A stretch of 64,000 nucleotides of DNA from Candidatus Omnitrophota bacterium (GTDB lineage Bacteria; Omnitrophota; Gorgyraeia; B26-G9). The stretch is taken from the NCBI GenBank assembly GCA_016213925.1, contig JACQZH010000041.1, positions 73,352-137,351 on the forward strand, written 5' to 3'. The notes beneath the pieces were generated by a model. The model searched no databases. It saw only the letters and a list, made by a program, of their open reading frames with translations, and was not told the DNA's origin. This document shows positions 58,168-64,000 of this stretch, one piece after another. Position numbers and translations under genes: made by a program. Position 1 is the stretch's first letter; each line of letters begins with the position of its first letter.

Positions 58168-59595
58168 ATGAAGGTTGTATTTGTTCAGGCTCCTGCAACA
58201 CGGATACGTTATAATGTGGGGGGGGCTTTTTCTATTCTTCCTCTAGGTATTGCCTATCTGGCAAGACAGTTGAAAAATAATAATATTGATTTTGAGTTTT
58301 TTTATCCGCGAAGACAGGGGGATTTTTTTTCTGAATTCCAAAAATACATGAACGGGTTTTCCGGGCAACAGATCCTTGTGGGAATTTATACAACATTATT
58401 TAGTGCCCGAGAAGCTTTTTGTTTGGCACAGGTCGCTAAGAATAGTAATAAAAAAAACGTTACCCTGTTAGGCGGTCCTGTAACTTCCTTTTCTCCGGAT
58501 TCGATTTTCAGATTTTCCGATTGGATTGACTTTATTATATCAGGAGACGCTGAAGATACGCTTATGCCGCTTATTTTTTCATTACCGCAGAGCAAATTTG
58601 ATTCTGTCTCAAATATTTCTTACAGGCATAATGGCAGGGTTATCTCTAATAACTGTAAGGAGATTGGGGATTTAGACGCCCTTGGTTTTGCCATGAGAGA
58701 AGCATTTCCGATGCATTTGCATAAATTATATCCGCCAATGGGCAGGTACGCTCCAGCGTATCTGGTAGAAACAATGCGAGGATGCGGTTTTTCTTGTGGA
58801 TTTTGCTCTTTACCTAAGATAGCAAGAGTTCGTTCTGTAGATATTGTTATTAATGAATTGAACTTGCTTAAAAAGGAGTTTAAGGCCAGGGAGGGACATT
58901 TTATTGACCCTACTTTTACTTTTCGAAAAGAAAGAACTATGGAATTATGCCAGAGAATTGTCGAAAGAAAGATAGATATAGCTTGGTCATGTAAAACGAG
59001 GGTGGATTGTTTAGATGAGGAGTTGATTCAACAAATGAAGAAAGCAGGGTGTTATATGATTCATTTCGGGGTAGAGTCTCCAAATGAACATATTCTTAGT
59101 AAAATTAATAAAGGACATTCCAGGGATCAGATTTGCGCCGCATTTCTAATGTGTAATAAATACAAGATCAAAACTGGAGCTTTTATGATTATGGGAGCGA
59201 CTCGATTTGAGAATAAAAAAACAGTAAATGAGGCGATAAGTTTTATTAGAAAAATTAAACCCACATTTGTTTTGTATGACCAGATAAGGCCGATTCCTGG
59301 TAGCGCCTTAACTGTTAATGCCCAAAGAGACGGGATAATAACCCAGAATGATATAGAACAGTTTTATCTTGGAGATAAAACTCAAAGTAAGTTGCATAAG
59401 ATTACGGTAACGGGTATTACTAAAACACAAGTAGAGCAATGGGTATCCAGGGCTTCAAGGGCTTTTTATTTATCTGGGCAATTGTTATGGCGTATGCTCT
59501 GTAGCCTTAAAACCGTGAATGACTGGATAAATGCTTTTAGGGCAGGAATATTTTATTTTTCTGATATGACATGGGGTGGAAATGCAAAAGTTTGA
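58168..59595 (+). CDS. Cobalamin-dependent radical SAM protein
   Basis: AGGTG RBS; PLGIAYL, GGP, MRGCGFSCGFC, GVES, PIPGS. Confidence 0.93.
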   Translation: MKVVFVQAPATRIRYNVGGAFSILPLGIAYLARQLKNNNIDFEFFYPRRQGDFFSEFQKYMNGFSGQQILVGIYTTLFSAREAFCLAQVAKNSNKKNVTLLGGPVTSFSPDSIFRFSDWIDFIISGDAEDTLMPLIFSLPQSKFDSVSNISYRHNGRVISNNCKEIGDLDALGFAMREAFPMHLHKLYPPMGRYAPAYLVETMRGCGFSCGFCSLPKIARVRSVDIVINELNLLKKEFKAREGHFIDPTFTFRKERTMELCQRIVERKIDIAWSCKTRVDCLDEELIQQMKKAGCYMIHFGVESPNEHILSKINKGHSRDQICAAFLMCNKYKIKTGAFMIMGATRFENKKTVNEAISFIRKIKPTFVLYDQIRPIPGSALTVNAQRDGIITQNDIEQFYLGDKTQSKLHKITVTGITKTQVEQWVSRASRAFYLSGQLLWRMLCSLKTVNDWINAFRAGIFYFSDMTWGGNAKV

Positions 59596-61132
59596 TGTTG
59601 TGCTTATTCATCAACCATTAGAAACGTATAAGGGGATTACGTATAATATGCAACCAATCGGGTTGTTCAGTATCGCTGACTTTCTTGAACGTCATGGCAT
59701 TAGAGTAAGAATTATTAATATTGGAGTTGAAAAAAGATTGAATCAAAGTTTTTCCATCATTGATTATATTTTATCTACAGAGGCTAAGATCGTAGGAATA
59801 AGTATTCATTGGTATGTAACATTATATAATGCTCTTGTTATTGCTAAGGAAATTAAAATAAAAAGCAATGTGAAAATTGTTTTGGGTGGGTATACTGCTT
59901 CAATTTTTGCTAAAGAAATTATAAAGAAGTATGATTTTATTGATGCGGTTATTAATGGGGAGGGGGAAACTCCTTTTTTGATATACTCACAGTCAGTATT
60001 AGGCCAAGGGCCTTCTTTTAGCCAAATTCCCAATCTTGTTTTTCGTAATCATAATAGAGAGGCGCAAAGCAATTGTTGTTATTATGCAACGGCATTAGAA
60101 CTGGATAGTTTTGATTTTTCCAACATACAGCTTTTAAATAATTATGATACCTATTTTCACATGGCTTCTTTGAGTCCGATTGCTACCAGTCATCCAATGT
60201 CATTGAAAGTAACTTCTGATGTTTTGTTATGTGTGGGGAGAGGATGTGATAATACTTGTTATAATTGTGGGGCAAGTAGAACAGCGCTTAAAAAAACAAA
60301 TTTTTCATCAAAGGTGCGTTATCGTAATCATTCAATTGTAATTAAAGAAATAAAAAAATTCCTTGAATTGGGATATGATAACTTTTCTATCGTGTATAAT
60401 CCGGATGATGATTTTAGCTACTATTTAGGTTTATTCCAATTAATGCGAGATGAAAATATTAAAATAGGAATGAGTTTTGACTGTTGGTTTTTTCCACCGC
60501 AAAAGTTTATTGATGCATTTGCGGAAACATTCGATTTAGATCGAAGTAAACTGGGGATAACTATTGAAAGCGGATTGGAACGTACCCGCAAGAAGTATAC
60601 TAAGGTGCAAGCATCAAACGCCCAAATCATGCAGTTATTAGATTTTATTAGGGGCAAAGGGATATATGTACATACTTTTTTTACTGTTTGCATACCTGGT
60701 GAAACCGAAAATGATATAAAGGAAATGGTCTCTTTTATGCAGAGAGTTATAGATAAAAGTGATTGGTTTACTATTAATGCAATACCTATAGAACCGGCAG
60801 CAGAAATTGAACAAAATGCGCAACAATATGGAGTAAAAGTATATAGGAAGACATTAGAAGATTATTTAAGCTTTGCAAATGAGATGGCTGATTGTAAATA
60901 TCCGCTACATCCTCTGGGATATGCTACTAATGATATGACGGAAGAGGGATTGGAAAAGATTAAACTAAAACTATTTTTCTACTGTTATACGAATTGGCGC
61001 TATATCAGCAAGTTCTGTTGCGCTAACGCAAAAAATAGACGGCTGATAGCAACTAGTTTGGCTTGGTTGGGGTTGCTTTTTAATTCGCCTCGGATGTTTC
61101 ATCGTTATGCTCCTCCGGCCTTAGGCGCGTAA
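59582..61132 (+). CDS. Cobalamin-dependent radical SAM protein
   Basis: PIGLFSIAD, GGYTAS, GEGE, GRGCDNTCYNC, IESG, PGET. ATG 59582 follows GGGGTGGA. Confidence 0.92.
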   Translation: MQKFDVVLIHQPLETYKGITYNMQPIGLFSIADFLERHGIRVRIINIGVEKRLNQSFSIIDYILSTEAKIVGISIHWYVTLYNALVIAKEIKIKSNVKIVLGGYTASIFAKEIIKKYDFIDAVINGEGETPFLIYSQSVLGQGPSFSQIPNLVFRNHNREAQSNCCYYATALELDSFDFSNIQLLNNYDTYFHMASLSPIATSHPMSLKVTSDVLLCVGRGCDNTCYNCGASRTALKKTNFSSKVRYRNHSIVIKEIKKFLELGYDNFSIVYNPDDDFSYYLGLFQLMRDENIKIGMSFDCWFFPPQKFIDAFAETFDLDRSKLGITIESGLERTRKKYTKVQASNAQIMQLLDFIRGKGIYVHTFFTVCIPGETENDIKEMVSFMQRVIDKSDWFTINAIPIEPAAEIEQNAQQYGVKVYRKTLEDYLSFANEMADCKYPLHPLGYATNDMTEEGLEKIKLKLFFYCYTNWRYISKFCCANAKNRRLIATSLAWLGLLFNSPRMFHRYAPPALGA

Positions 61133-61222
61133 CATGGTAATTAAGGCAAATAGTATAAAATCCTTGCTAGTTGACGCGTAAAATAATATATGGCTTTATT
61201 GTTCGATGTTAAGATTTAAATT

Positions 61223-61909
61223 ATGAAATTATCAATTATAATTCCCGTTTATAATGAAGAGAAAACACTTGAGGTGTTATTATCGAAGCTAAATAAATTA
61301 CAACTCAATGGAGTTGAGAAAGAAACCATTATTGTTGATGATGGCTCTATAGATAAGACAAAAGAGATTATAAAGAAGTTTACCCAGGGAAAGATAGTAA
61401 AGTTGTGCCACGAAAATAATCTAGGGAAAGGTTCAGCTGTACGGACAGGGTTAAAGCGTGCGACTGGTGATTATGTTATAATTCAGGACGCTGATCTAGA
61501 GTATAATTCTGATGATTACGAGAAACTTGTTGAGCTTGCAAGGGAAAAAAATGCTGATGCAGTTTATGGATCGCGGTTTATTTTAAAGAATAATTATTTC
61601 GATCCATTATATTACCTGGCTAATAAATTGCTTACTGTTTTGACAAATATTCTTTATAACAGCAATTTAACAGATATGGAAACTTGCTATAAACTTTTTA
61701 AGCGTGATGTGTTTATAAGCTTGAGCTTGGAATCAAACGGTTTTGAGTTTGAGCCTGAAGTGACCGCAAAAGTTTTACTAAAAAGTATAAAAATACATGA
61801 AGTACCGATCACCTATCGTGCGCGGGAAGTGAATTCGGGGAAAAAAGTTAAGTTTATGGATGGAGTGAAGGCTGTTTATGTGCTTATAAAGTATAGATTT
61901 TTTTATTAA
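61223..61909 (+). CDS. Glycosyltransferase family 2 (DPM1-like)
   Basis: PVYNEE, DDGS, GKGSAVR, QDADLEY, TDMETCYK, FEFEPEVTAK. Confidence 0.95.
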   Translation: MKLSIIIPVYNEEKTLEVLLSKLNKLQLNGVEKETIIVDDGSIDKTKEIIKKFTQGKIVKLCHENNLGKGSAVRTGLKRATGDYVIIQDADLEYNSDDYEKLVELAREKNADAVYGSRFILKNNYFDPLYYLANKLLTVLTNILYNSNLTDMETCYKLFKRDVFISLSLESNGFEFEPEVTAKVLLKSIKIHEVPITYRAREVNSGKKVKFMDGVKAVYVLIKYRFFY

Positions 61910-61974
61910 AAAAGCGGATATGTAGGTATTGCTTTTTTATTATGATAATGGCTGTTGATTCTATTAGGAGAAAA

Positions 61975-63441
61975 ATGAAAGTCGCTTTTGTAAATAATGG
62001 AACTGAGAGTTTAGGAGTAGGGTATTTAGCCGCATTTTTAAAGAAACAAGGGCATACAGTTAAAGTTTTTAACGATCCGCAATTATTCAGCGATGAATAT
62101 ATTAATAATAAGCATCTAAATAGAATTTTTAGTTTTCAAAAACAATTAATAAATGATGTAATTAATTTTTCTCCGGATTTAATTGGGTTCTCTGTTCTTA
62201 CGGATTACTATGAATGGGCTTGTTATTTAGCAGCGGAATTAAAAAAAAGATTGGCCAGGCCGATTATATTTGGGGGGATTCATCCGACATCTGTACCGGA
62301 AGAAGTATTGAAGAATAATTTTGTAGATATGGTTTGCATCGGAGAAGGGGAATTGGCGCTTTTGGATGTTGTGGAAAAATTGGAAAAAAGTTCTTGGCCG
62401 TATAATGTGTTAAACATTTGGACGAAAGATGGGCAGAAGATAATAAAAAATAAAATCAGGCCGTTGATAGACGACTTGGGTAAATTACCTTATCCGGACA
62501 AAACAGTATTTTATGAGGTTAGTCCATACTTCAAAACAGCATATTTTACAATAGCAAGCCGAGGATGCTTATATAAGTGTTCTTATTGTTGCCATTCTTA
62601 TTTGCGAGAAATATATCCAGAAACATGTTATTATCGTATTAGAAGTGTTGAAAATTTAATTGGTGAATTAGAGTGTTATCGGGTTAAAGATAAATATAAA
62701 GTTATTCGTTTTGTTGATGACATATTCCCTTCCGATAAAAAATGGTTAAGTGAATTTTCTAAGGTGTATTCAAAACGCATAGGAGTGCCTTTTATTTGTT
62801 ATATTCATCCCAGCGTTGCCAGGGAGGAACAAATATTATTATTAAAAAAAAGCGGGGCTTGTGAGATCGTGATCGGCGTGCAGACTTTATTTGAGAATAC
62901 CCAGAAAGAAGTATTAAACAGGCAAATTAATATTGATAATTGGGAGAGGACAATTTTATGTTTAAAGGAACATAAAATTTTTGTTACCGCAGAGAATATG
63001 ATAGGTATTCCGGGACAATGCATAGACGAGATAAAAGAGTTAGTGAAATTTTATTGTCGGAATAAGGTTGGCCGGATACATGTTAATTGGTTGCGTTATT
63101 ATCCAAAAACAAAGATAACCGATAAGTTTGGCCAAGGTATGCAGGGAATTAGGAAAAGAGATATAAAACCATTTACTCTTGGGGGTGATGTTTTTAATGA
63201 AGAACTAAATAAAATGAGGGTTATTTTTGCGCTCATAAATTTTTTGCCTAACAAACTGATATGTTTTATATTGCGAAGTAATGTTTATAAATATCTGCCT
63301 TCTTTCCCCTTGGTTTTTATTAATATTTTTTCTAATCTTAAAAGTGGCGCTGCTTCTAATAAAATTACGCGGAAAAGGGAATTTCTTAGATATTATACAT
63401 ATATAAAAAAGAAGAAGATTATTGACTCGGTTCTTTTTTGA
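61975..63441 (+). CDS. Cobalamin-dependent radical SAM protein
   Basis: AGGAG RBS before ATG 61975; ESLGVGYL, GGIHPT, GEGE, SRGCLYKCSYC. Confidence 0.93.
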   Translation: MKVAFVNNGTESLGVGYLAAFLKKQGHTVKVFNDPQLFSDEYINNKHLNRIFSFQKQLINDVINFSPDLIGFSVLTDYYEWACYLAAELKKRLARPIIFGGIHPTSVPEEVLKNNFVDMVCIGEGELALLDVVEKLEKSSWPYNVLNIWTKDGQKIIKNKIRPLIDDLGKLPYPDKTVFYEVSPYFKTAYFTIASRGCLYKCSYCCHSYLREIYPETCYYRIRSVENLIGELECYRVKDKYKVIRFVDDIFPSDKKWLSEFSKVYSKRIGVPFICYIHPSVAREEQILLLKKSGACEIVIGVQTLFENTQKEVLNRQINIDNWERTILCLKEHKIFVTAENMIGIPGQCIDEIKELVKFYCRNKVGRIHVNWLRYYPKTKITDKFGQGMQGIRKRDIKPFTLGGDVFNEELNKMRVIFALINFLPNKLICFILRSNVYKYLPSFPLVFINIFSNLKSGAASNKITRKREFLRYYTYIKKKKIIDSVLF

Positions 63442-63466
63442 ATTCTTATTGGGGGAAAGAATTTGC

Positions 63467-63634
63467 ATGATTAAAACTGAAAGAAATAATAAAAGTAAAT
63501 ATGTCCTGAAAGTATATCTTGAGAAATTTAAAGACAAGCGATATCCCAAATGGGAAAAAGTATTTATTTTCTTAATGCTTCTACTTGTTTTTTATTGTGA
63601 AATATTCTTTCGCATGACAATACCAAAATTTTAG
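63467..63634 (+). pseudogene. Short TM peptide, possibly a remnant of an SGNH-type membrane anchor
   Basis: Basic N-terminus then a TM helix ending CEIFFR, like ELAVR/EILVR/ELGLR in the three SGNH genes; stops shortly after. Confidence 0.4.
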
Positions 63635-63705
63635 GTTATGTTTTAAATAAGCATCGTTAGGTGTAGTAAAAGGATTGAATTTTAACAAAATATTTTTGTG
63701 AGCAA

Positions 63706-64000
63706 ATGGGTATTATTTCGTTTAAAATAAGTCAAACTAGAATTGAGTTTTCATTTAAAGCTTTAGCAGTTTTTCTAAAAGCTTTTTATAGTGATAAAAA
63801 AAAGAAAAAAAATTTAATCGAAGAGTTTGAAAAAGCTTTTGCCAAATATGTTGGAGTGAAAAATAGTATTTCTGTTTCTTCCGGGAAAATTGCTTTATGG
63901 TTAAGCCTGCGCGGTTTAAATGCTATAAAAGGCGATGAGATAATAGTTCCGGCTTACACAGTGCCGGAAGTTATTGAAGTGATTTTATTATGCGGACTGC
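63706..64000 (+). CDS. DegT/DnrJ/EryC1/StrS PLP-dependent sugar aminotransferase (3'-truncated by the window edge)
   Basis: Manual translation: ...IEEFEKAFAKYVGVKNSISVSSGKIALWLSLRGL...GDEIIVPAYT... Confidence 0.9.
   Translation, partial: MGIISFKISQTRIEFSFKALAVFLKAFYSDKKKKKNLIEEFEKAFAKYVGVKNSISVSSGKIALWLSLRGLNAIKGDEIIVPAYTVPEVIEVILLCGL

Noticed and set aside
61165-61200. TTGACG possible -35 upstream of the GT2 gene
   Set aside because: No convincing -10 at 16-18 bp spacing.
41-63549. Numerous short minus-strand and alternate-frame ORFs in the track
   Set aside because: They are shadows of long, well-supported genes and carry no recognisable motifs.
1-64000. RiPP interpretation of the many SPASM proteins
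   Set aside because: No precursor peptide, RRE/PqqD domain, peptidase or transporter is seen, and the context is glycosyltransferase-dominated.
1-64000. CRISPR arrays, tRNA/rRNA, transposases, integrases
   Set aside because: None recognised. The window is almost fully coding and intergenic gaps are short, with no periodic repeats.

Overview
This is an AT-rich bacterial window, probably from a metagenome assembly. The gene content resembles Ca. Omnitrophota, but that is inference only. It is filled end to end by one very large, almost entirely + strand surface-glycan/glycolipid biosynthesis and tailoring cluster. I count 19 radical SAM domains in 18 genes, 10 of them with a cobalamin-binding N-terminal domain. 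There are also 8 GT-C-type membrane glycosyltransferase-like genes, 4 GT2, 2 GT4 and 3 SGNH hydrolases. Single-copy tailoring genes include a carbamoyltransferase, a methyltransferase, an AsnB-like ligase, a WbpG-like amidotransferase, a polysaccharide deacetylase, an NAD-dependent epimerase, a Tat-exported DUF362 protein and a partial DegT aminotransferase. Highlights: (1) an unrecognised ~200-aa Trp-rich domain repeated five times and fused to radical SAM enzymes, including a protein with two radical SAM domains; (2) a Gfo/Idh/MocA oxidoreductase fused to a DesII-like radical SAM domain; (3) an AsnB with a degenerate glutaminase domain; (4) an ~84-bp in-frame palindromic insertion in a GT-C gene; (5) an in-frame TAG and two internal deletions, one producing a wbqC pseudogene; (6) an Illumina adapter embedded at 58127-58154, so assembly artefacts must be considered. 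I saw no rRNA, tRNA, CRISPR array or transposase.
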